This document shows, piece after piece, positions 35,094 to 46,477 of a DNA stretch of 64,000 nt. Both the position numbers and the translations under genes were made by a program. The notes beneath the pieces are model-generated. The model had not been told where the DNA came from. It saw only the letters and a list, made by a program, of their open reading frames with translations, and made no database searches. Source of the DNA: Selaginella moellendorffii (lineage: Eukaryota; Plantae; Lycopodiophyta); contig NW_003314286.1 in assembly GCF_000143415.4 (NCBI RefSeq), forward strand, positions 1,027,643-1,091,642, given 5' to 3'. Positions within the stretch are counted from its first letter, which is position 1, and each line of letters begins with the position of its first letter.

Positions 35094-37043
35094 ATGATCC
35101 GAGCTTCGGAAATTTATCCTGCCAATGCATTCGCCCCAAGAGCAGAGATAGACTCCTACGCAGCTGCGTTGCAAGAATGCTCCAGAGCGCAGGACCTGGC
35201 CAAAGGGAGACAAACTCACGCCAGAATTGTGGAAGCGGGCTGCAACCACGACAGATTCCTGTGCAACCTGCTGGTGAGGATGTATGGAGAATGTGGCAGC
35301 ATTGGTGAGGCCAGCTCCGTCTTCGACAGCATCCACGTCAAGAACCTCTACTCATGGAGCATCATGATATCGGCTTGCGTCCAAAATGGACAAGGCTTGA
35401 GAGCTCTCAAGCTCCTGTGGAACATGGACCAGGAAGGGATCAGCCCTGACAGAGTCGTCCTCATCGAGATGTTGGGAGCCTGCTCGCATCCCGAGCTCGT
35501 CCTAGTTGGCAAGGCACTCCATGACCGGATTTCAAAGCTGGAAGATTTGAGAGCTCACGTCTTCGTGGCCACGGCAGTGATCAGCATGTATGGGAGATGC
35601 GGCTATCCGGAACTGGCAGTACAGGTTTTCAACGGGATGGAGCTCAAGACTGTGGTGTCCTGGAACGCGATGCTTACCGCTTATGCCCAGCGTGGGTATC
35701 ACCGGCAGTGTCTCCAACTTTACGAGGACCTGACGAGGCTCACGGACGTCTCTCCAAATGCTATCACCTTCGTGGTGGTGCTAGACGCTTGCTCTCTTCT
35801 CGGGGACCTGGATCACGGTCGGAGTGTCCACGAGAGAGTAGCCTCACAGGGACTGGAGAGCGATCACATCGTGGGAACTTGTCTTCTCAACATGTACTCA
35901 CGGTGTGGCAGCGTCACCGAAGCCAGGAACGTCTTCGACAAACTCGAGCGTCCCAACGTTGTCTCCTGGACGTCGATGATAGCCGCATACGCCAACCATA
36001 GCTACGATCTTGAAGCTCTCCAACTGCTTAGAAGGATGGATCTAGAGGGTGCCAAGGCAGAGGAGATGACGCTTGTCAACGCACTGGGTGCCTGCTCCAA
36101 CCTCAAAGCACTGGAAGAAGGGAGAAAGATCCATGCCCGGCTGAGTTCCAGTGGCATCCAGTCCGACTTCTCGGCCAGCGCGCTTGTCAACATGTATAGC
36201 CGCGCAGGGAGCTTGGAGGAAGCCAGAGACGCGTTTCGCAGTAGGAAAAACAGGAATGCAATATGCTGGACGGCCATGCTCGCGGCCTATGCCCAGCACG
36301 GGCATAACCACGACGCGCTGCGGCTCTACAGGGAAATGGACCTGGAAGGCTTGAGACCCGACGACGTGACGCACGCCGCGGTCCTCGGAGCCTGTGCGTG
36401 CCTGGGAGCTCTCGCGGAAGGCCGGAGAGTCCACCGTCGAATCCTCAGCACTCGGAGCTCCTCGGGCTTGGATGTTGTTCTCGGCACAGCCACCGTCAAC
36501 ATGTACGCCAAGTGCGGCCGAGTGGACGAAGCCAAGCTCGCCTTCGACGGCATCTCCGACAAGAGCGTCTTCTGCTGGACGGCCATGGTCGGAGCTTACG
36601 CACGAAACGGGCACGGCGAGAAGGCCGTGGAGCTCTTCAGAGAGATGGTGGAGTCGTCGCGGACGCTCCCGAACGACGTGACTTTCACGACCGTGCTCAA
36701 CGCCTGCAGCCATGCCGGGCTGGTGGACGAAGGCAAGTACTTCTTCGCGCTCATGGACAAGGTCTACGGGATTGCTCCCAGTGGCGAGCACTACGGCTGC
36801 ATGATCGACCTGCTGGGACGGGCGGGGCGGCTGGAGGAAGCCGAGCGGATGATCACTGGCATGCCATTCCCCGCAGACAAGATCTCGTGGGAGACTTTGC
36901 TCGGGGCGTGTAAGTTACACGGTGACACTGGCCGGGGAGCTCGCGTGGCGGAGCAGGCACTTCGAATGGATCCGGAGAATGCTGCAAACTACGTGATACT
37001 TTCGGATCTCTATTTTGCCAGAGGCAAGACAAACATGAACTGA
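35094..37043 (+). CDS. Intronless PLS-class PPR protein with E domain
   Basis: Repeated MY.(K/R)CG...A..VF / V.SW..M..AYA motifs, HYGCMIDLLGRAGRL, WETLLGAC..HGD, YVILSDLY. The track's ATG at 35010 lies inside a probable intron, so 35094 is preferred. Confidence 0.93.
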   Translation: MIRASEIYPANAFAPRAEIDSYAAALQECSRAQDLAKGRQTHARIVEAGCNHDRFLCNLLVRMYGECGSIGEASSVFDSIHVKNLYSWSIMISACVQNGQGLRALKLLWNMDQEGISPDRVVLIEMLGACSHPELVLVGKALHDRISKLEDLRAHVFVATAVISMYGRCGYPELAVQVFNGMELKTVVSWNAMLTAYAQRGYHRQCLQLYEDLTRLTDVSPNAITFVVVLDACSLLGDLDHGRSVHERVASQGLESDHIVGTCLLNMYSRCGSVTEARNVFDKLERPNVVSWTSMIAAYANHSYDLEALQLLRRMDLEGAKAEEMTLVNALGACSNLKALEEGRKIHARLSSSGIQSDFSASALVNMYSRAGSLEEARDAFRSRKNRNAICWTAMLAAYAQHGHNHDALRLYREMDLEGLRPDDVTHAAVLGACACLGALAEGRRVHRRILSTRSSSGLDVVLGTATVNMYAKCGRVDEAKLAFDGISDKSVFCWTAMVGAYARNGHGEKAVELFREMVESSRTLPNDVTFTTVLNACSHAGLVDEGKYFFALMDKVYGIAPSGEHYGCMIDLLGRAGRLEEAERMITGMPFPADKISWETLLGACKLHGDTGRGARVAEQALRMDPENAANYVILSDLYFARGKTNMN

Positions 37044-37118
37044 AAGAAGTTAAATAGCTTCGGAACCTGGTAAGTTTGTAGTTACGCAGTGATGGATCCG
37101 GCAAGAGCTCAGCTTGTA

Positions 37119-37931
37119 CTAGTAGTCATAGACTGGGCCTCTATGCTTTGCATCCTTGAGCGCCTGAAAAGAAACGAGAAAAACAAGTGAATAAGATTTG
37201 ATCAGTAAGCACGAAGAAGAACTTACGCCGCGAAGGAGCTTCTCGAAAGCCTCCTCTCCATTCTCGAGCACGTACTTGGACGCCAGGTTTCTCGAGTCCA
37301 CGCCGAGGCTCTCAAACTTCTTGCTGTGCGCCGACGGTGAGATTGCGGCTGGCTTGCTTATCAGCTGGTTTTTCAGAGGGTGGTCCTTGACGAAGTGCTC
37401 GTAGACGTAGGCGGCGCCCTTGAACTGCGGAAGAACAAGCCAGCACGCAGCGACGAGCTTGAGAGTCGGCCAGATGGGAATCCTATCACAGAGAGAGAAA
37501 ACCAAAGAGAGGTTTTGAGAACCCAGCATCGAAAGCAAAAGAAAATGTCTGGAGAGGATCGAGCGAGCACGGATTACCAGGCCAGAACGGTTCCCAATGC
37601 AAGCTCGAGGAGCGTAACGAAGGAGTAGAGAACCCAGTAAGTGAGCCACTGGACATCGTCTTCCTTGTTGGGGCTCTCCACGGCTTGAATGGATGCATAC
37701 CTGAAACATGGATTAGCCTCCAATCTAACGAAGAAACAAAACAAAACCGATCGATCGATCATGGCGCTGCTACTCACAGAGGATATAGAAGCATCATCAG
37801 AGGCCTGAAGAACACAGAGCGCGCGGTTAGCTCAGAGCTCAAACAGAGACTGAGATTCCAATAGCAAATGTGTGAGAGATTTACCCGGCCAATGTGTGAA
37901 GCTGGACAACGTAGTTCCAGAAGGATCCCAT
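37119..37931 (-). CDS. HVA22: HVA22/TB2-DP1 family protein, second copy (5 exons)
   Basis: [51 protein letters not shown]...[18 protein letters not shown]. Confidence 0.92.
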
Positions 37932-38197
37932 TGCCGTCGCGCGCGATCGCAAAAATCCCCCTCTCTCGCGAGTGCTGGAGGAGGAACCCTAGACCCGTAG
38001 CTCGTACAGTATCGATGGAGGAAAAAGAAAAAGAGTGGCCCTCTCTTTCTCGCCCCCCTTGTTTGTTTTTCTTTCTATTTTTTGAGGAAGGCGGCATCTT
38101 TCATTGCTTTCAAAATCATGATTTATGACGTTCCGTGCAAACAGGATTAATTTTCATTGATTTTTACAAAGCTAGAAAAAGTAAGAAAAAAAAAGTG

Positions 38198-38270
38198 CAC
38201 TCTCGGTGGGACTCGAACCCACAATCCCTTGATTAGAAGTCAAATGCCTTGTCCATTAGGCCACGAGAGC
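38198..38270 (-). tRNA. tRNA-Arg (anticodon UCU)
   Basis: GCTCTCGTGGCCTAATGGACAAGGCATTTGACT-TCT-AATCAAGGGATTGTGGGTTCGAGTCCCACCGAGAGTG, a 73-nt cloverleaf followed by a T9 Pol III terminator. Confidence 0.97.
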
Positions 38271-38407
38271 AACCAGTAGACATTCTCGAGGCCCAGAAAG
38301 TTTCACTTCTGAGATTAGTTTCGAATTCATTAATTAATTCAAAACAAGCTACTGAAGATCAATTGATTAGTTGGGATGACAAACAACACCAAATATATTA
38401 AGATCAA

Positions 38408-39801
38408 TCATATGAGATTTTTTAGCTTGCCACCGCATTTTCGAGTGAATGCATCTGGCGGATGCAAATACTTCCCAGACACAAACGCGTTGGTCGCAAC
38501 CTGCGCAAACTTTTCCGTGTAGTGGCTGAAATCCCAGAAAACGAACTGGGCCGGAGTTGTGCACAAAGTGTAGCCTGGCTGCCCGCATCCAATGCTGATG
38601 TTGAAGTTGAAGGGCCCCTCGGCGCCACAGCAAGCTGAACTCGTATCAGTGAATCCTGCGAGTTTTACAAGAATTTATTGACATCACAATCGAAAAGCTT
38701 AATTACCGTGTTTTCCAGGATTGTTCATGACGTCTTTGTGGATTCCTTCGAAATCCGCAAATGCAAGAAAGCTATCAGTGTATTTGGCTTTCAGATCTTT
38801 GACCAGTTTTCTCAGCATGGCATTGTGCGCAGCAGTCAGGTTGTAGAGCTTCTCCCTGTTAACAAAACTTCCAAACGATCTGTAGGCTGGATTATCCACT
38901 GCCGGAGGCATCCCAATGAACAGAAAGTTTCTCGCCCCGGATCCATGCAACTCCTGGTGGAAAAATGTCCACCAGGAACTAAGTTTTTACAATTAAAAGC
39001 AAAAGAAACTTTGTTTCACCTCAAAGAAATGCTTTATGGATCCTCTCACAAGTGGCAACAGCGTACAGTTCAGTACTTCAGGACTCATGCCTCCCTTAAA
39101 GAGCCCGACTGTGTAATCGTTGCTTCCAATCTCGCCTATTACGTAGAGTCCCTCGGAGAACGCAGTCACTGCCTAGAAAACAAAAGAGAAAAAATATCAA
39201 ATTCTAAGTTTTACCCCTCCCAACTCACCAGCTTGTGTTGTCTCTGCTGCCTAGCCAGCTTCTTAAATCTCAGAAACCAGCCGAGCTCATCGAGCAGCGA
39301 GTAAGGAACTACGGTGGTGACATTGCGAGATTCGTGGAAACTATGCTCGATAGCCGTTCCTCCACCAAGAGCAAAGTTCGCACCATACCGGAAGCTGGAA
39401 GCGAGCGGCTGAAAGTAAGCACCAGGGAAATCCTCAAATCCAAGAGCTTCAGCTGAAAACAGTAAACAGTTTGGTTAGCAAAAAAGGAAAATTTCAGAGT
39501 TAAAATTGAACTCAAGACAATCACCCAAGAAATCTGAGATCATCCGGCCGTCGGAGAAGCGTCCGGTTGCGTGGCCAAAGAATGTCTGCCCGTACGGAGG
39601 CTCGTTGCTGATGATCACTGGAGGGATGGGTTGCTGAAACACTTGCGGATACAGAGCGGCTTTGTTGCCCACATCCAGGTACGAATCTCCAAACACAAAC
39701 ATTGCTGGAAAGCAGAGATTGGAGCCATTAGAAAGCTTAGATGCTGCTCCAGCAGCAGCAGAAGCAGCAGAAGCAGCGAGGACGAGTAGCAACGCGAACA
39801 T
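38408..39801 (-). CDS. GDSL/SGNH esterase-lipase, secreted (multi-exon)
   Basis: Signal peptide, FVFGDSY.D.GN, PYGQTFF..ATGRFSDGR...DF, IGSNDY, FFWD-like WDFSHYTE (DxxH). Confidence 0.93.
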
Positions 39802-40197
39802 CTGCACTGCAGCAGGAAAAGTCAAAGCGCAGAAAAATTACTGTAGATTGCATTCTCACCTTCTCCTACTTCCTTGGAAATGTGGGAACTTCTAGCATAT
39901 TTAAGCAACCATAGACATGATCTGAACATGTCAAGTAGCATAACGTTTCAATAATGTATGTCAAAAGTTTAAGAACCTAGGGGAAGCATAAAAACATTTG
40001 AGCGTACACTAAGCTCGCTAACTTTCCCGAAAACTGCAAAAGCCCTGGGTTGTTCAAAGCCATAGAACCTAGAGGTTAAAATGCGCACGTGTCATGAGAC
40101 CACAAATTTCGATTATAACACTCCTACTCGGTCAGTCTTCGCTTGAGTCCTAGAAATATGGCGTGACCAGGCTTTTATTTAAGAAAAAAAAGTTACT

Positions 40198-41723
40198 TCA
40201 CATTCCTGCCGATTGTATGCATGAGTAATATAAATCTGTTGTGAAAGTGCATGCTTTTATTTCCTCTTCTACTTCAGAAGTCCGTCTCGCCCAATTCTCT
40301 TCGATATCCTGTTTACTATACTGAAGAGCTTTATCACCGGTAAAAATTCGGATGATAGAGTTGAAAAATCTAATAGCTCCTCCATCTAAATTTCTTGATA
40401 TATTCACAGGAAGACTCAACTCCTGCTCACATAGATCAAGTGTACCCAAGAGATAATCCCCATCTGGATAGATATTTGGTGCAAAATATTGTTGTCGAAG
40501 GTTATGAGTACACTCCTGTAGCTTGGAGTTCAAGTGCTGTATGAATCTTCCTGTAGAGACAAACGTTAAGTGAGGAAAGTCCCATCTTTGCAAATCTCAA
40601 ACCTTCGACAGGATCTTTACAACAAACTTTGCTTATTTTGCCATGCACGATTGAGACTATGCCTTTACACTTCAAGACACCATAACGCCACTCTTTACGC
40701 GTTGGGCAAATGCAAGGAAATTGGTAAACAAACGTTAGCAACCATGCATAATATCAACATACTCGACGTACTCTCTTTACTCCAATCGTGAATGTACATT
40801 GGAGTATAACTTCCTCTCTTTGCGTTCTGGATAGCAGCCTTGATGGCATAGGCCGAGCCTTGGTCGAGTTTCCCAGAATTGCCGTTTCCATCACACTTGA
40901 TTATTATCCCTGTCACCAAATTGTCTAAAGGGCCCAGTGTTGTATCGTGTACTTTTCCCTGATCCAGACACGAAACTAAATGAACATGATTAATATACTT
41001 CGGATGTGGAAATACCTCGAAGTCGCATAGATCAAGTCCCACTAGCTCACCAGCATCTTCATCCCTTCCATGCCTTATTTCATCACTTTTTTGCTCAAGG
41101 TCCCCTGGAGAGAAGGGATTAGAAAAAAACAAAAACTACCATAGCACAAGCTTCTTGCCTCCAGCCACGATTTCCACATCCCCAGTGCACAGCAGTTTAA
41201 TGTTTTGTAGAAGACTTGCGTAGACAATCTTATTAAGTTTATCCTTGTACTGCCTTCTCGTTGTAATGACTGGACGCAAGAGGATATCAATGGCCTTATC
41301 AAGAGCGTCTTCTTTCATCAGCTGTCCATCAACCACATTATCAGAGGGCATGTCCTTCAGGTGTAAGGCGGTTCTGATCTTTAGAAATGGATTGGTAATG
41401 GCCAATAGCCTTCGGTTGTAGTTACTCTTCTGTAGAATGGAGGATAGCACTTCACCGAGACGGCGGAAAAAGGAAGGACATACCTCGACTGTGAATGGAT
41501 TCTCCAGAAGTTTTGGTTTCTTTAGAAAAGGTGATGCACAATTGTCAGCAGGTCTCTTGCCACTCGCCTTATCCAACAAGATCGTATACTCTGATTCGAC
41601 TTGTCTGGGCTCTGCTAGAGCTGCTTTCGCTGGCTTCAATCTAGCCGCTTTTAATACCTCTGTTTTATCATGCTCCTTTCGTTTTTCGCCCAGAAGCCGC
41701 GTCAGAGTATCCCACAACCCCAT
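40198..41723 (-). CDS. Multi-exon protein of unknown function (orphan-like)
   Basis: Four consecutive minus-strand ORF blocks joined by short GT-AG intron-like gaps (e.g. near 41140-41105 and 40600-40553). No family recognised with confidence. Confidence 0.6.
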
Positions 41724-41868
41724 CGATCACGACACAAATCCCTAATTATATGGAGGTTATAGTTGATTGGGTATTAAAATAGCTTGTTAATTCAAATATT
41801 TGTGGTTTATTTATAACCACCATTATTTATATTAATATCTTGAACCATTTGTCAAAACAAAACAGAGT

Positions 41869-44191
41869 TCACCTGAGAACTACGTCCGCATATGGTTTCC
41901 AAATTGCCACTGACGATTCATCCATTTCCAGCGAAAAGAGCAAGCCTCGGAGCATCAGGATCGTACGAACAACCTTGGGTTACCAACAAAAAAGCGTCAA
42001 GGAGAAAAAGAGGGATTGATGGAGTGCTCACCAGCCAAAGCTCTTGATTGAAGGAACGCATTGGGACCTTCCGTAGGATGGAGTTTTCGGCCATGGGTGA
42101 CACCGTTGCTTCTTCGACGTAGCACGTATCAAAGAGCATCCTGGCCATCATGACGAGCACTTCGACGCTCACTTCCTTTGAAGGCGAAGAAGAATCCTCA
42201 AAAACGATTCCCATTTCGCAAAGGACCCGAGCGGCAGCTACAGCGTCGTCACTTGCCAGTGAAATGACCATTCTGGCAAATTGCTTTCGTGACTCTTCAC
42301 CAAGCACCTTGCTCTTGGAAAGGTAAACAAAAAAACAAGTTAGAAGGTATAAAGAAAACGAGATGATTTACTTGGCCGAAATCCAGAAGACCGAGCCGAC
42401 CATCTGTTAATAAGAGTAAGTTTCCCGCATGCGGATCAGCATGGAAGATGCCATCTATAAGGATCATCTGAGGAACCACCAGAATTTAGTCACCACTCAC
42501 CATGAGCTTGTAGCTTACCTGACCGTAAGCCTCTATGAGATTTTTTACCACGTCTCTTAGTTTTGGTATTCTAGAAATACGATTTAAAAACATGCATAAA
42601 TCATGCCAAAAAATTTAGCAGTACCTTGGTTGCAAAGACTCGTCTGCATTACGATGCAGAATGTGGGTAAATGGTGTTCCATGAAGCCTCTGGAGTCAAA
42701 AGCAAGTAAAAAAGGAACAAAAAAAAAAATTAAAAACGAAAAACAATTCTTGGGCTTTTACCTCCATGACTATAAGTCGCCGCGTGCAAAGATTTTCAAT
42801 TGGCGAAGGACACACAATCCTTGAAAATCCATGGGTTTCAAGGCTACTTTTAATACGCAGCTGCAAAAGAGCAGGAACATGAGAGACATAATTAGTCGCA
42901 GAAAATGAGGAGCATACCATGAACCAGACTTCTCGTTCAAAGTTAAATTCAAGAGGTATTGTCGCCTGGATTTCTTTCACAATCTAGAAAACACCAAGAA
43001 GATTGACAATGACAGAGCACGAAAGCCACATACCGGTGTGAGATCGACTGGTAGCTGTCCTTTTAGAAAACGAGCCACCTACAGAAACAGGAGTTCCGGA
43101 TGATATTCTTTCAAGAGTACAGTGCATACCCTTGCAAGATTTCGTAGATCAGAATGCATTATAGTATCCATTCCGAGATGTTGTACTTTAACTACAACCG
43201 GTGTTCCGTCGATTAGCGTGGCCCCATGAACCTGTTGAAAGCTATCAGCCTTAATAAAAAATGTTGTAATATACCTGAGCAATCGACGCTGCGGCAATCG
43301 GGTCTTCCTCAACATCCGAGAAAAGTGCATCCAGTGGGGTGACAAAGTCCTTGCCTTTCGGGCATAATGCAAGCTCCTTCTGGATACTCTTTTTAACCCG
43401 CGAGAAAGGCGTTGGAGGCGCATCGTCAAGGTGTTTCGAGAGCCATTTTCTCCATTGCCCTGGAACAAACTCCTACACACGACAGATTAGTGCAAAAGAC
43501 CAACGACTCACTCGTACTTACAGCTTTAGAAGCAAGGATTTGAGCAGACTTCACATAAAATCCACTCATATCCAGCACAAGCTGGTGGACCATCTTCCCT
43601 CCCCACTCGTGCCGTTTATCCCATAACTTATCCCGTTCGTCTCGGCTCTTGTTCCGTGCGTTCAGCTTTGTGATCATATACCTTCCAGACAGAAACACCT
43701 ATGACTTATAATCAGAAACACCAGGCAAATGCTCAAGTTAATCAGTAAACAAACCTTGTGTATATAGGAAGCAAACGTCTCCAAAAACGAGCAGTCCGAT
43801 ACAGGTCGGGAAAAATCCACTGGATCAGCGGTCTCGAAATCGTAAGTGTCGTTACAGGAGTAGCGACATATCCCAGAAACGCCTCCTGTGGAGGATGGCC
43901 GCGGAACTACAAAGATCAAACCAAAGAAGGCAAGTTTGATCAAAAGAAAAGAAAGAAAGAACTACAACTGACCTTACGACCGAGGAGCGTCATAGCCGAA
44001 TGACAAAACGCTGCCACTTGCAACGACTGCCAAGCCCATCTAAAGAACAATTTTGACACCAGCAAGACACCAATCGTAGAAACGAATGCCGCGGCACCGC
44101 GAAATGAATTCCGCCGCACGACGATTGGAGCGCGATCTACCAGCGGCCGCGACACCGCCCGGAGGCCCCCGGGCGAGCGCATTCCAGCCAT
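41869..44191 (-). CDS. ABC1K/UbiB atypical kinase (many exons)
   Basis: GFYVKSAQIL, PIAAASIAQVH.A, VVVKVQH, E.NF.RE, DGIFHADPHAGN, GLLDFGQ. Confidence 0.93.
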
Positions 44192-44344
44192 CGCCAGATT
44201 CGGCGCCTCGCCCTGCGCATCACGAACGCAATCACGATCGATCCGGCGAAATCGCGAAGGAGCTCGCTTACCCGGGCGGCGCTCGCTTCCATTGCCATCA
44301 GTTGCTAAAACCCTAGATCCCCGCCACGCGTGCTAACGGATAGA

Positions 44345-44356
44345 TGCCACGTGGCA
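44345..44356. promoter_or_regulatory. Perfect palindromic G-box TGCCACGTGGCA in the 223-bp divergent promoter between ABC1K and the SIN3-like gene
   Basis: Sequence match. A telo-box-like AAACCCTAG (44308) and GCCACGCGTG lie nearby. Confidence 0.55.
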
Positions 44357-44414
44357 CAATTAGCCCTTTTTAATACACAAGGCATTCCTTTAGGTTGCAC
44401 TCTCGCAGAGGAGG

Positions 44415-46325
44415 ATGATCATGAACAAGGAGGCGAGTCACTACATCCATAGTTCGCGAAATCTTCTCCCCAAGGCGACTTTCGACAATCTCATGACCTT
44501 GTTTCGGAATCTTCGCCACTGCCGCACGGAGTCTTTGATGGGGATTCGACTGCTCCTCGCTCCACACCACCATTGCTGGGAGGAATTCCTGCAGTTTTGG
44601 CCTGGGGGCGAGAAAGCGATAGAACCGCTGGAGATGGAGTGGTTTGGGCCGAGCTACAAGGTTCTGGAGCAGCGGGAGAGCCCTAAAGGGGATGGCGGCG
44701 TGCTCAACACTACATTGGGCCTCGCCAAGCGGCCCATCGAGAGCCGCACGACCATGAAGACGGTGCACGAGAAGGCGCTGTTCGATTGCGAGGACGAGCA
44801 ATTCGAGACCGACATGGCGATCGGGCACCTCGGCTGGGCGATCGATCTCATCGCGCGGCTCACGGAAACAAGGACGAAAATCGGCAGGAAGAGGGACTTG
44901 GATCTCCTGGTGGCTCGACTGTCGATGGCGCTGCAATGGAGCAAGGCCCAGGTGATCGAGTTACTGCGCAAGGAGGAAGCAGCGGAGGTTTGCTCGCGGC
45001 TCCGGGACGCCAAGGATGCCATGCTCAAGAACAGGGAAAAGGTTCGTACGGAATGGGCCACGGCGTACAGGGAACACACCGGTCACCCCGCGGCGCCGTA
45101 CGGGGACGTACCGGTCATCGCCGCCGACAGCGCGTTGGTGGCCGAGATCCGCGAGGCACACGACAGGAACTCCGCGACCCACTCGCACTACTCCCTCTTG
45201 TCGGCGCTCTTGCCGGCCGACATTGTCCTCGACATACGCACGGACGACACCGTCAACGTAGACGTCAACGCGCTGGTCAACGGCTGCCTGTCCTCGCCGT
45301 GCCGCTCCTGGAGCTACTTCCTGGGGAATATCCTCGGCCTCGGGGCGCCGGTACCGCCGGTGGACGCCGGGACGCCGCTGTACCGCGCGGACGACTCCCC
45401 CCGCGCCGCCGGCGGCGCCGCGCGGATCTTCTACGGCCCGGAGGAGCTCTACGTGCTACTTCGGCTGTACGCCAAGCTCCACGACCGCGTCTCCTCGGCC
45501 AGGGCGACGTGCACGGATCTGGGAAAGCTTCCACTCTATGCGAATTTCCTCGCCTCGGCACCCGGGAGGGATCCATTCCAAGAACGCGGCTCCGGCGAAG
45601 AATGGAGGAGTGCTCTCGGGCACGGGGTATACACAATCCACGAGCTCCTGGCGAGGATCAGCAAGAACATCCGCGAGCTCCACGCCGACTCCAAGGCCGT
45701 TCAGGCGATCCAGCTCCACGAGATCGAGGCGGCGAGGTGGCGGGGTGGCGAGATCGACGACGGCGGCTACTTCGCCAACGCCAAGTTCGCGCTGCTACCG
45801 TACGAGGGGATCTACCAGTTCGAGGTTGTGGACACCGCTCCCGGGAGGGTGACGATCAACGTGAGGTTTTTTCCCGACGAGTTCTCTCGTGTCAGCGATC
45901 TCAACACGATCCGGGAGCTCATCGGGTACTACGCGCAGCAAGAGTGGGTGGAGGGGCTACTGGCGGATGTGGAGGAGGAGCAGCGGCGGGGGTGTCCCGT
46001 GTTCTTGAGGAGGAACCTCCGGAAGGCCTCGGCTATGGAGGATTACAGGATACATATACTCAATGAGTGTTTGCACAGGGTGACGGAAAGAGGTCACAGG
46101 ATAGTGTGTCACACGGAGGACCTTTTGGTGCGATTTAAGGGGAAATTGGGTCATAAGTTTAAAATTTTCCCTGGGAAGGAGAAGAGGCCGGCTACTGTGG
46201 AGGACGCTCTCGCGCGGTTGAGAGGGAAATTGGCTGATCAGTTTAATGGGACGGACACGAGGAAGGCTATGAACGGAGGGAGAGTGGAGGGAGATCACAG
46301 GGACAAGAGAGTAAAACGCTGCTAG
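44415..46325 (+). CDS. Intronless, strongly shortened SIN3-like corepressor (one PAH, HDAC-interaction domain, Sin3a_C)
   Basis: PAH-like ...IRLLLAPHHHCWEEFLQFWP; HID GPSYKVL...VLN...HEKALFDCEDEQFETDM; Sin3a_C IFYG....YVLLRLY..LHDR...A, Y..NA..L...E.IY.FE, VFLRRN.RK, TEDLLVR. Confidence 0.8.
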   Translation: MIMNKEASHYIHSSRNLLPKATFDNLMTLFRNLRHCRTESLMGIRLLLAPHHHCWEEFLQFWPGGEKAIEPLEMEWFGPSYKVLEQRESPKGDGGVLNTTLGLAKRPIESRTTMKTVHEKALFDCEDEQFETDMAIGHLGWAIDLIARLTETRTKIGRKRDLDLLVARLSMALQWSKAQVIELLRKEEAAEVCSRLRDAKDAMLKNREKVRTEWATAYREHTGHPAAPYGDVPVIAADSALVAEIREAHDRNSATHSHYSLLSALLPADIVLDIRTDDTVNVDVNALVNGCLSSPCRSWSYFLGNILGLGAPVPPVDAGTPLYRADDSPRAAGGAARIFYGPEELYVLLRLYAKLHDRVSSARATCTDLGKLPLYANFLASAPGRDPFQERGSGEEWRSALGHGVYTIHELLARISKNIRELHADSKAVQAIQLHEIEAARWRGGEIDDGGYFANAKFALLPYEGIYQFEVVDTAPGRVTINVRFFPDEFSRVSDLNTIRELIGYYAQQEWVEGLLADVEEEQRRGCPVFLRRNLRKASAMEDYRIHILNECLHRVTERGHRIVCHTEDLLVRFKGKLGHKFKIFPGKEKRPATVEDALARLRGKLADQFNGTDTRKAMNGGRVEGDHRDKRVKRC

Positions 46326-46477
46326 AACGAGCGGGACAGGCGGAGTTATCTTCAAACTCTCGGGCACTTGCAAAATCTCGAGAGTCCTCCTGCGCTCGGT
46401 TGCATTCGAGTGGACCGATTTGTTTGTATGTATTTTTCTGGCAGCTTCACGAGGCTTTTGTGAAGAAACCAGGAGCC

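Noticed and set aside
44786-46066. 426-aa alternative-frame ORF inside the SIN3-like gene
   Set aside because: Arg/Gly/Ala-rich shadow ORF expected from high GC3; no motifs.
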